64,000 nt of DNA from Thermodesulfobacteriota bacterium (GTDB lineage: Bacteria > Desulfobacterota > Desulfobacteria > Desulfobacterales > SURF-7), in NCBI GenBank assembly GCA_049320885.1, contig JBMORA010000022.1:73403-137402 (forward strand), given 5' to 3'. The notes under the pieces are model-generated. The model ran no database searches. It had not been told where the DNA came from and saw only the letters and a list, made by a program, of their open reading frames with translations. The position numbers and the translations under genes are program-made. Of the stretch, positions 50,956-60,152 are shown piece after piece. The first letter of the stretch is position 1, and each line of letters opens with the position of its first letter.

Positions 50956-52862
50956 CAGCAATCCCCGTCCTGCGCCCTTTCAGTGGCGCGGCCATACCCC
51001 TTGGGCACCAGATTCTTTTCCCGCATCCAATCGATGGCCGCGCGCCAGCGGTCCTCTGAAATGCGCTTTTTAGAGGCGTCCCAGCGGTTCAGCACTTCGT
51101 CCACCAGACGGCCGTCATCCACCGTTTCGCCCTGGATCAGGAAATCGTTCCAGGCCGCATAGAGTGTGGCCACGATTTCGATCTGCTCGGTTTTCATCGG
51201 ATGAATCAGTTCCATGAGACGGTCGAAGGACGGCTTCCGGTCCCCCCAATACCGGTCAAAATAGTCGCGATGTGCCCCGCACTTCTCCATGGGCAGGTAC
51301 GCAATGCCGCCGCCCTCCTGGCGCTGGGGCGCGAACCATTTCGAGCGTTTCATCTGAGCATGCACCGAACGCATCATGGCGTTGTCGAACGGTCCAGCCG
51401 CCGCCCGAACCGGGCGGCTCTGGATCTCTTCCAGTTCCAGATGCCGTTCGGCGAGCAGGATCGCCTTTTGCAGCTTGATCCAGCCGAACCGCGGCGTATC
51501 CCTGTGCCGGTCCACGATTTCAGCGGCCAACACCGAACGGCAGAAATGAACATTGGGCTTGCGCCTCTTCTCCGGCTTGGCGAGATGCCGAATGTCCAGC
51601 CGGCCAAACACCGCGTCGCAGATCAGGGTGGTATGATATTCTTCGATCAGCTCAATCTCGCGCTCGGCGCGTTGTATGGCGGTGTTGATGGAGTTAATTT
51701 TGTTCTTTACATACTCGATTATTTTGAATTGTTCTTCCTTGTTATCTGGGTAGGCTATATTCACGTTCCCAATGAATGCCCATTCAGCTCGGGGCATTTT
51801 TGCCCCAAATGTAGTGCTATTGACCAAATCAATAAATTTTGGACTTCGAAGTGTGTATTCAAAAAAATCAGTTGTAATATCTTCGCCTTTCAAGCGAAGG
51901 ACAAGAAACTCTCCAACACACACCCCCGTCTGTTTTGCTTTCACGACTTTGGCCAAGTAAGGTCGGAGCTTCCCAAAAAGAACATCATCAGCCACAAATC
52001 TTTTTACTTGACTTACAAATGGCGTGTCATTGTTGTCAGCGGTAAATTTCCCAGTCCAACTCTCAACTGATTCTAAGGCGACATAGACATCATTAGGATC
52101 TTTTTGGGATGTCTGTTCAGTTATATTTGCTGCAACGGTCTTTGTCCGATTAATAACCCAATGCGCCGGAATATCTCCAAGCCAATCAATCCCGGACGGT
52201 TTAAGCTTCACATACGGATCGATTCCTTTTGTAATCACCTCGTTGACCAGCGCCAGCTTGCGTTCATTCAACAATGCCACGAGCCTGCGTTTGTTGCGGA
52301 TGAACTCATGGATTTCCATGGCCTTGCGGTCGAGGTAATCGGCGATGGCCTTTTGTTCTTCCGGCAGCGGAAAGGGCGATGGCATCTGCTTGAACTCGTC
52401 CCAGTAAAGCCGGTTGCGGTCGGTCACGATGCCGTGGGAATACTTGTTCACCTCGTTCATGTAGGCCCCGGTGCGGAAGAGATAGGCGAAATAACGGCTG
52501 TCGGTGCCGTCAAGGGGCCGGGCCACCACGTAGGCCGGGCTGATCAACCCGTCTTCCGGGGCGACCCCGACAGCGCCCTGCCACATGCGCATCATGTTAT
52601 AGGCGATGTCGCCCTTGACCGCCCGCTTGTATTTTTCGCGCTCGGACATGACCTGCTTGCGCTTGGCGTTTTCCAGATCCCGAATGCGCACGCCGGTTTT
52701 CAGCGACACCTCCAGAATGGGCAGGTCGGGATAGCCGGTTTGGTTGCGCTGGGCAAAGAGCCGCCCGTTGCGCCGTACCTCCCAATGGGAGGGGATGGTT
52801 CCCAGCCATGGCAAACCGGAAGGACGGTATTCGGGATAGGGCTTCAACACGGTGCTCATCAT
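50955..52862 (-). CDS. hsdS: Type I specificity subunit with an extra ~205-aa C-terminal domain
   Basis: Two conserved repeats (KPYPEYRPSGLPWLGTIPSHW and KPSGIDWLGDIPAHW), two TRDs and EEQ coiled coils. GGAGAG RBS before ATG 52862; 635 aa. Confidence 0.93.
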   Translation of the reverse strand: MMSTVLKPYPEYRPSGLPWLGTIPSHWEVRRNGRLFAQRNQTGYPDLPILEVSLKTGVRIRDLENAKRKQVMSEREKYKRAVKGDIAYNMMRMWQGAVGVAPEDGLISPAYVVARPLDGTDSRYFAYLFRTGAYMNEVNKYSHGIVTDRNRLYWDEFKQMPSPFPLPEEQKAIADYLDRKAMEIHEFIRNKRRLVALLNERKLALVNEVITKGIDPYVKLKPSGIDWLGDIPAHWVINRTKTVAANITEQTSQKDPNDVYVALESVESWTGKFTADNNDTPFVSQVKRFVADDVLFGKLRPYLAKVVKAKQTGVCVGEFLVLRLKGEDITTDFFEYTLRSPKFIDLVNSTTFGAKMPRAEWAFIGNVNIAYPDNKEEQFKIIEYVKNKINSINTAIQRAEREIELIEEYHTTLICDAVFGRLDIRHLAKPEKRRKPNVHFCRSVLAAEIVDRHRDTPRFGWIKLQKAILLAERHLELEEIQSRPVRAAAGPFDNAMMRSVHAQMKRSKWFAPQRQEGGGIAYLPMEKCGAHRDYFDRYWGDRKPSFDRLMELIHPMKTEQIEIVATLYAAWNDFLIQGETVDDGRLVDEVLNRWDASKKRISEDRWRAAIDWMREKNLVPKGYGRATERAQDGDC

Positions 52863-52887
52863 GTCGGCTCTCCGTTCAACTTGGTCG

Positions 52888-55032
52888 TCATGATGCCGCA
52901 CCCTCCACTTTTTCCAAAATGTTTTCCAGCAACCCTTCGCTCTCGCACTCCAGGGCGCGGATATCGGCCTCGATTTCAGCCAGGCTGCGCAAATTCTGCG
53001 GCTTGTAAAAATGACGCGTAAAAGAGATTTCGTAGCCAATCTGGGTCTTGCCGTCGTCGATCCAGGCGTCGATGGCATGGGGCAGCACTTCGCGCCGGAA
53101 AAAGGCTTCAACTCCGCCCTCTTCGAGCAGCGGCACCTGCTCGGTGTCGCGCAGGGCCGTGTCGGGTTCGTATTCCACCACGCGGGACTTGCCGTCCAGC
53201 TCGGCGGCATAACGGCCGCAAAGGGGATCGGGCTGGGTCTTGCCTGATTTGTAGATCTTGCGGATGACCGGTTGCGCGTCCGCGTCCGTTTCGGCCAGAC
53301 CGGTTTGGAGCAACTTCTTGCGCTTGGCGGTAAGTTTTACATTGTGGGTGTCCGCGTCCGATGCCACGGCGGCCATGAACGCATTAAAATCCATATGGGG
53401 ACCCGGCCCCATAACCTCGGCCACGCGCTGGGCCAGGTTGGCCAGGGGCGCTTGCTTTTCCGTATCGCAGGTTTTCCGGAAGCGGCGCAGGGCGATCTCG
53501 GACAAATCCACCTTGAGGCGCAACGGCCGTTCGACGGTGATTTTCCAATATCCGAAGGCTTTGTTGGGAAATATCTTGGCGTGATCGGTTTCCTTGAACG
53601 CCAGGAACGTATCGCAGATCGTCCGGATATGCTCGGCGGTCAACTCGCAATTCTTCTTGCCGAGGTTTCTTGGCAAGGGACTGCACCACTCGGTGGCGTC
53701 GATGAGCTGCACTTTGCCCTTGCGCTGTTCGGACTTGCGGTTTGAGATTACCCATATGTAAGTGGCGATGCCGGTGTTGTAAAACATGTTCATCGGCAGG
53801 GCCACAATCGCCTCCAGCCAGTCGTTTTCGATTATCCACCGGCGGATGTTGGATTCCCCCTGTCCGGCGTCGCCGGTGAAAAGGGACGACCCGTTGTGCA
53901 CCTCGGCGATGCGGCTGCCCAGCGCGGTTTCCTGTTTCATCTTGCTGAGCATGTTGACCAGGAACATCATCTGTCCATCATTGGAGCGGGTGACCAGGCT
54001 GAATTCTGGATCTCCCCCATGGGAAACCACAAAGCGCGGGTCCTGCATTTCCTTTTTATCGCCGCCGCAAAGCCGGTCGAGATCGGTCTTCCAGCTTTTG
54101 CCGTACGGTGGATTGGCCAGCATGAAGTCGAACTCGAGGCTCGGAAACGCGTCTGAAGACAAGGTGGAGCCGTAACGAATATTCTCCGCTTCGTCTCCCT
54201 CGCCCTTCAAGAGCAGGTCGGCCTTGCAGATGGCGTAGGTTTCCGGCTGAGACTCCTGGCCGTAAAGGTGGATGCCCACATCCTTGCCGTGCCCGCGCGC
54301 CGTTTCCTTGAGCGTCTCTTCCGCGATGGTCAACATGCCGCCGGTCCCGCAGGCGCAATCGTACACCAGGTAGGTGCCCGACTCGATCCGGTCGGCCACG
54401 GGCAAAAAGATGAGGTTGGCCATGAGCCGCACCGCGTCCCGCGGGGTGAAATGCTCGCCGGCCTCCTCGTTGTTTTCTTCGTTAAAGCGCCGGATCAGTT
54501 CCTCGAACAGCGATCCCATGGCATGATTGTCCAAACCCGGCAGTTTGACTTCTCCTTGTCCGTCGAGAACCGGCTCCGGGCCTAAATTGATCTGGGGATC
54601 GACGAATTTTTCGATGAGATGGCCCAGACGGTCGGCTTCGTCCAGCCGCTTGAGCTGGTTGCGGAAGTCGAACTTGTCGATGATTTCCTGGACGTTGGTG
54701 GAAAAACCGTCCAGGTAGGCTTCGAAATTGGCCTTTAACTGCTTCGGGTTGTCCAGCAGGCGTTTCAACGTAAACGCCGATGTGTTGTAAAACGCCTGCC
54801 CGGCGGATTTGGAAAGGGGGACTTCCTGGTTGGCGATGCCGGCCTTGTCCAGCTGCTTCTTCATGGCCAGCACGGCATCCTTGGTCGGCTCCAGCAGGCA
54901 GTCAAGCCTGCGGATCACCGTCATGGGCAGGATCACGTCCCGGTATTTACCGCGCACATAGACATCTCTCAACACATCGTCGGCAATGTTCCAGATGAAA
55001 TTGGCAATGCCGTTGTGAACCTTCATATTCAT
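52888..55032 (-). CDS. hsdM: Type I DNA methyltransferase subunit M
   Basis: FIWNIADDVLR, GEHFTPR, YDCACGTGGML, NPPY, FYNTGIATYIW. ATGA overlap with the upstream HTH gene. Confidence 0.96.
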   Translation of the reverse strand: MNMKVHNGIANFIWNIADDVLRDVYVRGKYRDVILPMTVIRRLDCLLEPTKDAVLAMKKQLDKAGIANQEVPLSKSAGQAFYNTSAFTLKRLLDNPKQLKANFEAYLDGFSTNVQEIIDKFDFRNQLKRLDEADRLGHLIEKFVDPQINLGPEPVLDGQGEVKLPGLDNHAMGSLFEELIRRFNEENNEEAGEHFTPRDAVRLMANLIFLPVADRIESGTYLVYDCACGTGGMLTIAEETLKETARGHGKDVGIHLYGQESQPETYAICKADLLLKGEGDEAENIRYGSTLSSDAFPSLEFDFMLANPPYGKSWKTDLDRLCGGDKKEMQDPRFVVSHGGDPEFSLVTRSNDGQMMFLVNMLSKMKQETALGSRIAEVHNGSSLFTGDAGQGESNIRRWIIENDWLEAIVALPMNMFYNTGIATYIWVISNRKSEQRKGKVQLIDATEWCSPLPRNLGKKNCELTAEHIRTICDTFLAFKETDHAKIFPNKAFGYWKITVERPLRLKVDLSEIALRRFRKTCDTEKQAPLANLAQRVAEVMGPGPHMDFNAFMAAVASDADTHNVKLTAKRKKLLQTGLAETDADAQPVIRKIYKSGKTQPDPLCGRYAAELDGKSRVVEYEPDTALRDTEQVPLLEEGGVEAFFRREVLPHAIDAWIDDGKTQIGYEISFTRHFYKPQNLRSLAEIEADIRALECESEGLLENILEKVEGAAS

Positions 55033-55217
55033 GATTTTGCCACCTCGTCTCGGTTCCCGAGCCAGGCATCGATGGTTTCCTTGTGAAACCGCCAGTGACG
55101 CCCCACTTTCTGGGCCGGGATCTTGCCTTCCCGAACCAGCTTGTAAATCGTCGATTTGGGAATGTCCAAATAACTGGCCAGTTCGTTTATGTTGAGCACA
55201 TCTTTTGGTTTTTCCAT
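55029..55217 (-). CDS. Excisionase-like HTH_17 DNA-binding protein
   Basis: VLNINELASYLDIPKSTIYKLVREGKIPAQKVGRHWRF. Confidence 0.9.
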   Translation of the reverse strand: MEKPKDVLNINELASYLDIPKSTIYKLVREGKIPAQKVGRHWRFHKETIDAWLGNRDEVAKS

Positions 55218-55280
55218 CGATATGGCCCCTTCCCATGGCCGCGAACGCATTTTACCGCCCCCTCCTTATAATTGCCAGAT

Positions 55281-55309
55281 AGGTTATCGTTAGTGACAGT
55301 TAATGTCAA
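55281..55309 (-). promoter_or_regulatory. sigma70 promoter of the HTH-hsdMSR operon with a dyad over the -35
   Basis: TTGACA-N17-TAACCT; inverted repeat TGACA-N5-TGTCA at 55294-55308. Confidence 0.65.
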
Positions 55310-55336
55310 TCGTTAATTTGAAAAAACGTCAAGAAG

Positions 55337-55885
55337 TCAGTGGGTTGTCCGTCCCCAGGTGCCGGAAGGGATCAAGCGCAAGTCGGCCCGAAGACAGGAA
55401 TCCCCGATGTAAAGCCATGCGGGCTGGACCATTCCGGTAATACATACCGGTACGAGAACCCGTTTGTAGAGGCAGGGACCGTCTGGGCGGAACCCCTCCA
55501 GGCGGTCGATGGGGGGCAGGCGCGTCTCGGGGTCGTCGAAGGTGAGAAGCTCCCCGTACACGCGGCCCCAGTCGCCCGCCGTGGCGCTTTGCTGGACCGG
55601 TTCGGGGTATGACGCCAGCTGCTCGGAAAACCGCGCCTGTGCGGCCACGTCGGCCAAAGGGTCCGGAGTGCCATGGGCGAGGACATCCCCGGCCGGAACC
55701 TGCAGGACGGGAATACCCGATTGCATTTCGTAAAGGCGGCCGCGGACCACGGCTTCCCGGATATCCAGAACGCCCCGGCAAAAACGGTCATGATTCCAGA
55801 AACCGCGCTTCAGGGTTCCGTAGACGAAGAGCCGGAAAAATTGCGGATTTGGGATTTCGGATTGAGGATTGAATGAAGATGTCAT
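55337..55885 (-). CDS. Gamma-glutamylcyclotransferase (AIG2-like)
   Basis: LFVYGTLKRG, VYGEL, IDRLEG, YKR, AWLY; GGAGG RBS before ATG 55885. Confidence 0.88.
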   Translation of the reverse strand: MTSSFNPQSEIPNPQFFRLFVYGTLKRGFWNHDRFCRGVLDIREAVVRGRLYEMQSGIPVLQVPAGDVLAHGTPDPLADVAAQARFSEQLASYPEPVQQSATAGDWGRVYGELLTFDDPETRLPPIDRLEGFRPDGPCLYKRVLVPVCITGMVQPAWLYIGDSCLRADLRLIPSGTWGRTTH

Positions 55886-56278
55886 ATGCTGCCTCCATGA
55901 ACGCGGGTGAATTCAAAAACAGAACCAAAGCCTTCGCGATCAGGGTAATCCGGTTGGTGGAAGCGTTGCCGCAAAACCAGACCGCGAAGGTAATTGGTAA
56001 CCAGTTGCTCCGAAGCGGCACCTCGGTAGGTGCGAACTATCGCGCCGCCTGCAGCGCGAAATCTCCCGCCGACTTTGTCGCCAAGATGGCCATCGTCGAA
56101 GAGGAATGCGATGAATCCATATACTGGATGGAATTGATCGTCGAAGCCGGCTTGATGGATGAAAAGCGTCTGATCAAGCTGAAAAACGAAGCAAACGAAA
56201 TACTTTCCATGGTCGCTGCTTCCATAAAAACCGCCCGCTCCCGCAAGTAATCCGCAATCCCCAATCCCAAATCCGCAA
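55841..56278. mobile_element. Inverted-repeat cassette: 30-bp arms built from (AATCCNN)x4 flanking a four-helix-bundle gene
   Basis: Left arm 55841-55870 TTGCGGATTTGGGATTTCGGATTGAGGATT; right arm 56249-56278 AATCCGCAATCCCCAATCCCAAATCCGCAA; 27/30 complementary. Confidence 0.75.
55873..56250 (+). CDS. Four-helix-bundle protein (TIGR02436 / 23S-IVP / Avd-like); alternative start 55897
   Basis: RTKAFAIRVIRL, QLLRSGTSVGANYRAA, FVAKMAIVEEECDESIYWMEL, EANEILSM. Confidence 0.9.
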   Translation: MKMSYAASMNAGEFKNRTKAFAIRVIRLVEALPQNQTAKVIGNQLLRSGTSVGANYRAACSAKSPADFVAKMAIVEEECDESIYWMELIVEAGLMDEKRLIKLKNEANEILSMVAASIKTARSRK

Positions 56279-57058
56279 TCACCCCGCCCCCTTTCTCTCC
56301 TGGGCGACGAACTCGAAGGGCTCCACCGAGTACGCGGCCAGGTCCTCGCGCCGGAACACCATCAGGCTCATGGGCGGGACCGGAAGCTCCCTCCAGCCCT
56401 TTTCCTCCGCCAGCACGGCGTCGAGGTATGCGGGGTCCGAGGCATAGAGGACGGCCTTGTGGCGGGGATGCCAGCGCAGTTCCAACGGCCTGTTCCCCTT
56501 GAGTACAAAGACGGTGCCCGGATCGGTCCGGCAGGCGATGACGGCGGTGATCTGCCCGCGGCAGCGCCGGAGCCGCGCCTTGAACCGCTCGATATCCATG
56601 GCACCGTCCCGCGCGGCGTTCGCGGCCAGGCGGAACAGAATCTCGCTGTCCACCTCGGCGAAGCGCCGCATCTTCCAGCGCCGGAACAGGTAGTCGGCGT
56701 TGTAGATGGTGCCGTTGTGCGTGCCGATCACCTCCCCGGCGCGGATCGGGTGGTTGTTGCTGTTGACCCGCTCGTCCCCTCGGGTGCGCCACCGCGTATG
56801 GCCGAGCAGAAGCGTGGCGCGGTTGTTTATGCCGGCCAGGAGTTCGGCGAAGGCCTTGTCCGTCACGAACCGCTCGGCCGTCACCGGGCGCTTGAAGAGC
56901 CTGTGGCCGCCGTCGACATCGAGCCACGCCGCGCCCGTGGCGTGGGGCCCGCGCTCCTCGCTCAGCAGTAGCAGGCGGGTGAAGAGCCAGGCGAGGTGCT
57001 CCCGCTCCTCGGCGCGCCGCCGTTTTTTTCCGAAGATGACGCCCGCAAGCCCGCACAT
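56279..57058 (-). CDS. Class II (Ntn) glutamine amidotransferase
   Basis: N-terminal MCG (Cys nucleophile), RGPHATG, GHTR, NNHP, HNG, VDSE. TGATG coupling with the upstream gene. Confidence 0.9.
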   Translation of the reverse strand: MCGLAGVIFGKKRRRAEEREHLAWLFTRLLLLSEERGPHATGAAWLDVDGGHRLFKRPVTAERFVTDKAFAELLAGINNRATLLLGHTRWRTRGDERVNSNNHPIRAGEVIGTHNGTIYNADYLFRRWKMRRFAEVDSEILFRLAANAARDGAMDIERFKARLRRCRGQITAVIACRTDPGTVFVLKGNRPLELRWHPRHKAVLYASDPAYLDAVLAEEKGWRELPVPPMSLMVFRREDLAAYSVEPFEFVAQERKGAG

Positions 57059-57558
57059 CAGGGTTTCCCTCCCTGCGGATCGACAATGAACCCGCGGAAG
57101 ACGCCCTCGGCATACTCCTTCGGGTGCTCCTCGATCCAGCGCGCGGCGTCGGGGCAGCCGAGCTCTCCGGCCAGCCGGGCGACGACCGGACGGTCGAGCA
57201 TGTTGGTCAGCCCCGAGAGCCGGACCGCGTCGATGCCCTGCCAAACCAAGGCGGGAATCGGTATCCGTGCCGGTTTGTCGTCCTGCACCTCGGCAAGGCC
57301 GTGTTTGATCAGGGCATCGAGGAAGGATGCGGCCTTTTCCTCGGGCGTGTCGCCCCGGACCGTAAGCTCGACGCCGGACAGCATCTTGGCGTTGCGCAGG
57401 ACCATGTCGATGTAATCCTCGAGGTCCCGCTGGTCGGAAAAGAGCGTGGCTCCTTTCATGGCCAGGACCACGTCGGTCACCGTCGCCCCGGTGAAGATTT
57501 CGCCGTCGCCTTCCAGCGGCCGCCCATTGAGGGCGGTGTTTCGAATCAGCACTCTCAT
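57058..57558 (-). CDS. Protein with C-terminal DUF5049-like domain
   Basis: C-terminal [36 protein letters not shown] overlap with the amidoligase gene. Confidence 0.7.
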   Translation of the reverse strand: MRVLIRNTALNGRPLEGDGEIFTGATVTDVVLAMKGATLFSDQRDLEDYIDMVLRNAKMLSGVELTVRGDTPEEKAASFLDALIKHGLAEVQDDKPARIPIPALVWQGIDAVRLSGLTNMLDRPVVARLAGELGCPDAARWIEEHPKEYAEGVFRGFIVDPQGGKP

Positions 57559-58625
57559 GACGCGCCTCCTTGCGTCCCGCCGGTCTCGTCCACCGAAAAC
57601 GCCGGAGGCCGGGTTTGACTCGGGCCATCCATGGCCCTCGCCCTTCGGGCGCGCCCTTGGCGCGTCCAATCCGGCTGTCCTGCCGGATTGTCGGGCCCGG
57701 CCTCCGTGATGGGTTCCGCCTTTGGGGCGGGTTGTTCGTCTGGTTTCACCCTGCCGCGTTTGAATGCTGAGTCCCCTGGCAGGGCGGCGATCAGATGCTT
57801 GCGCGCTGTCTTGAACTCGTCGCCGATGAGCCCCAGGTGGAGCAAAAAGACCCGGAAGTCGTACCGGGCGCTCTGCGGGTCGAAAAACCGCTTGCGGCTC
57901 GATGCGGCCCGGCCGTTCAGCGCCTTGGCCGCCACGGCCAGGACCAGTTGGATGTAGGCTTTCACCTTGCCCGCGTGGAGGGTCCCTTCGAACCAACGGA
58001 ACTCGACCGTGCCCCGGTACCAGACGTTGTGCAGGTTCACCCCGTGGTAGCGGGTGCTGTCGTAGTGCTGGGGCTGCCGATTGTGGTAGCCGTACCAGAT
58101 GTGGTTGAGCTGGTCCCTGGTCCTGGGACGGCGTCGCTCGATCTGCGCGATGAGATCGTCGCTCACCGGTTTGCTGTAGTTGCGGCGGCGGGTCTCGTTC
58201 ACGCCCAGAGCGGTGAGAATGAGCGCTTCCTGCTTGTAGACGATCTTGGCGAGGTTCGCGAGGGTCCGGCCGTCAAAGGCTGTGGCGTCGACGTGGACGT
58301 GGATGCCGCAACGGTCGTCCACCTTGGCTCCGCAGGCCCGCAGCGCCCGGACGACCTCCTGGAGGACGGGGATGTCCTCGTAAGACAGGACGGGGCTCAC
58401 CACCTCGGCCCGCAGATGGACCGGCACATTGATGAGCGAGCCGTCGGATACCACTTTCCAGACCCGTCCATGGTTGTCGGCGACCTCCCAGGGGTCGAAG
58501 CTCCCCGGGCTGCCGATGTGGCGGACCTGACCGCCCACCACCGACTGGATCGCCTGGGCGACCCGCTCGCGCGTCCGTTTGACCGTCTCGATCTCGATTC
58601 CGAAGTTGATCCGGCGTAAGTCCAT
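57555..58625 (-). CDS. Putative amidoligase (COOH-NH2 ligase type 2)
   Basis: [42 protein letters not shown]. Confidence 0.9.
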   Translation of the reverse strand: MDLRRINFGIEIETVKRTRERVAQAIQSVVGGQVRHIGSPGSFDPWEVADNHGRVWKVVSDGSLINVPVHLRAEVVSPVLSYEDIPVLQEVVRALRACGAKVDDRCGIHVHVDATAFDGRTLANLAKIVYKQEALILTALGVNETRRRNYSKPVSDDLIAQIERRRPRTRDQLNHIWYGYHNRQPQHYDSTRYHGVNLHNVWYRGTVEFRWFEGTLHAGKVKAYIQLVLAVAAKALNGRAASSRKRFFDPQSARYDFRVFLLHLGLIGDEFKTARKHLIAALPGDSAFKRGRVKPDEQPAPKAEPITEAGPDNPAGQPDWTRQGRARRARAMDGPSQTRPPAFSVDETGGTQGGAS

Positions 58626-58838
58626 GGTCTCTCCTTGCGTTCTGTAAGCCCGTTTCCGGCAAGGGATTGGCTCTTGTGTTCACACACATACAGGCTTCTT
58701 TCGGATCAGAAAGCAAGGCGAATTCGACACATATCCCAGTTGATTCCAATGAGTTATGTACAAGATGCCACAACCCGCGGAAACACGCTGGGTTACGGGA
58801 TTTCCTGGCGTCTAAAGAAAAATGAGGTGTTCCGGGAA

Positions 58839-60152
58839 TCAGGTCTGCTTCCAGATCGTCCCGGTGTGTTTCTCCCACTTGCCGCCGCCCGCGAGGTCGG
58901 TATTGAACCACTCGTCGCCCATGGACGGGGCGGGGATGGCGGCGTCGCGCTCGGCCTGGGTGCCGATGCCACGCCGGACAGCTTCCCTCGAAGTGAGCCC
59001 CTGACCGAGCCGGTCAGGTCCAAGCAGGTCGCGCCATCCGAGGGCCGATGCCCGCAGACGGGAAACGAAGGTCCGGTAGGCGGTCGCGTCCTTGGCCGCC
59101 CGGTAAAGGAGCAGCGAGCCGTCGGCGTCCCGGACCAGGCTCGGCGTGTAGCAGCGCTCGAGGAACGGCCCGCTGCCGATTTTGAACACGGGGTTGATCT
59201 CCGCCTTGCGCCAGTGGACACGGTCCCAGGACCATGCGTAGCCTATTCCGGCGTTTCCCGCGGAGCCCCCGGAGTAGAGCATCCACCATCTCCCATCCGG
59301 AAGCCGCTCGACGTGGGCGGCGGAGACGTAGCCGTTCGTGCCTTCCCAAGGCTGCGGGTCGATCAGGCCGGAGAGGATCGGGCCGTTTCCGATCAGTTTC
59401 CACTCGACGGCATCGTCGGAACTGGCCAAGCCGAGGCTGTCGTTGCCGCCGGTCGAAGCGATGAAATACATGGCGTAGCGCCAGGTGAAAGGTCTTCCTT
59501 CGACCGAGGTGGGCAGCGGGTTGTACCAGAGGAACGACGGCCCGTAATGGCCGCGGTTCCAGGCCTGGACGCTTCCCTCGGTCACCAGGTCACCGGAACA
59601 CGGGGTGTCGCCCGTGAACGCGGCGGGGTCGACCGACGGATCGCAGACCGCGCTTCGCAGACCGGCCATGGCATAGGGCTGATTGGGAACGTCCGGGTTC
59701 CAATAGAGGATGCGCAGCCGGTCAGCGGTCTCCAGTGCGCAGACCACGTGATAGCCGTTGGCCGCGATGCCGGTGATTTTTTTCTCCGTGTCCCAGGCGA
59801 GCCCGTTGTCTGAGAAGGCGCAGCTCATGCCCGCTCCGTCGCCGTAATAGGCGATGAAGTTCCGGGGTCGGGTCCCGTCGTGGAAAGCGCCCGGGGACCG
59901 GAGGACGCGGACATAGTAAGCACGAGCGGCCGTCAGAGGCAGAACGTGCGGGTAGCGGTGGTCGAATACCACCGGCGGCAGCCCCTCGGGCGGTTCAGCT
60001 CCGGAGGGGACCAGCAGCAGGCCGAGGTCAACGGCGCGCAGCAGGTCCGGGGTCATCGCCGAAACGACGGCGGTCTTTCCGGGACCAAGCGTACCCGTAA
60101 GCCCGGGCAGTTCCAGAATCGTATCGGTGTTGCTCTCGATGGTGATGCTCAT
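58839..60152 (-). CDS. Phage tail-associated protein with a five-bladed beta-propeller (GH32/43/130-like)
   Basis: Blade repeats YAMYF..LGLASSDDAVEWK..NGPIL and WWMLYSG..IGYAWSWDRVHWRK..NPVF; fibre-like C-terminal GDEWFNTD..W..W. Confidence 0.6.
   Translation of the reverse strand: MSITIESNTDTILELPGLTGTLGPGKTAVVSAMTPDLLRAVDLGLLLVPSGAEPPEGLPPVVFDHRYPHVLPLTAARAYYVRVLRSPGAFHDGTRPRNFIAYYGDGAGMSCAFSDNGLAWDTEKKITGIAANGYHVVCALETADRLRILYWNPDVPNQPYAMAGLRSAVCDPSVDPAAFTGDTPCSGDLVTEGSVQAWNRGHYGPSFLWYNPLPTSVEGRPFTWRYAMYFIASTGGNDSLGLASSDDAVEWKLIGNGPILSGLIDPQPWEGTNGYVSAAHVERLPDGRWWMLYSGGSAGNAGIGYAWSWDRVHWRKAEINPVFKIGSGPFLERCYTPSLVRDADGSLLLYRAAKDATAYRTFVSRLRASALGWRDLLGPDRLGQGLTSREAVRRGIGTQAERDAAIPAPSMGDEWFNTDLAGGGKWEKHTGTIWKQT

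Noticed and set aside
47968..51162. 655-aa and 404-aa plus-strand ORFs
   Set aside because: Antisense shadows of hsdR.
52863..53210. N-terminal extension of HsdS (751 aa); similar extensions for HsdM, GATase, DUF5049, GH130 and GT4-cupin
   Set aside because: These overlap upstream genes in other frames; internal ATGs with an RBS or stop-start coupling fit family N-termini.
55873..56250. Diversity-generating retroelement (Avd) or 23S rRNA intervening sequence
   Set aside because: No reverse transcriptase, TR/VR pair or rRNA sequence was seen in the window.
58680..58720. Promoter/dyad upstream of the amidoligase gene (TTGCTT...; CTTTC-N6-GAAAG)
   Set aside because: No convincing -10 at the right spacing and the dyad is only 5 bp; plausible but unsupported.
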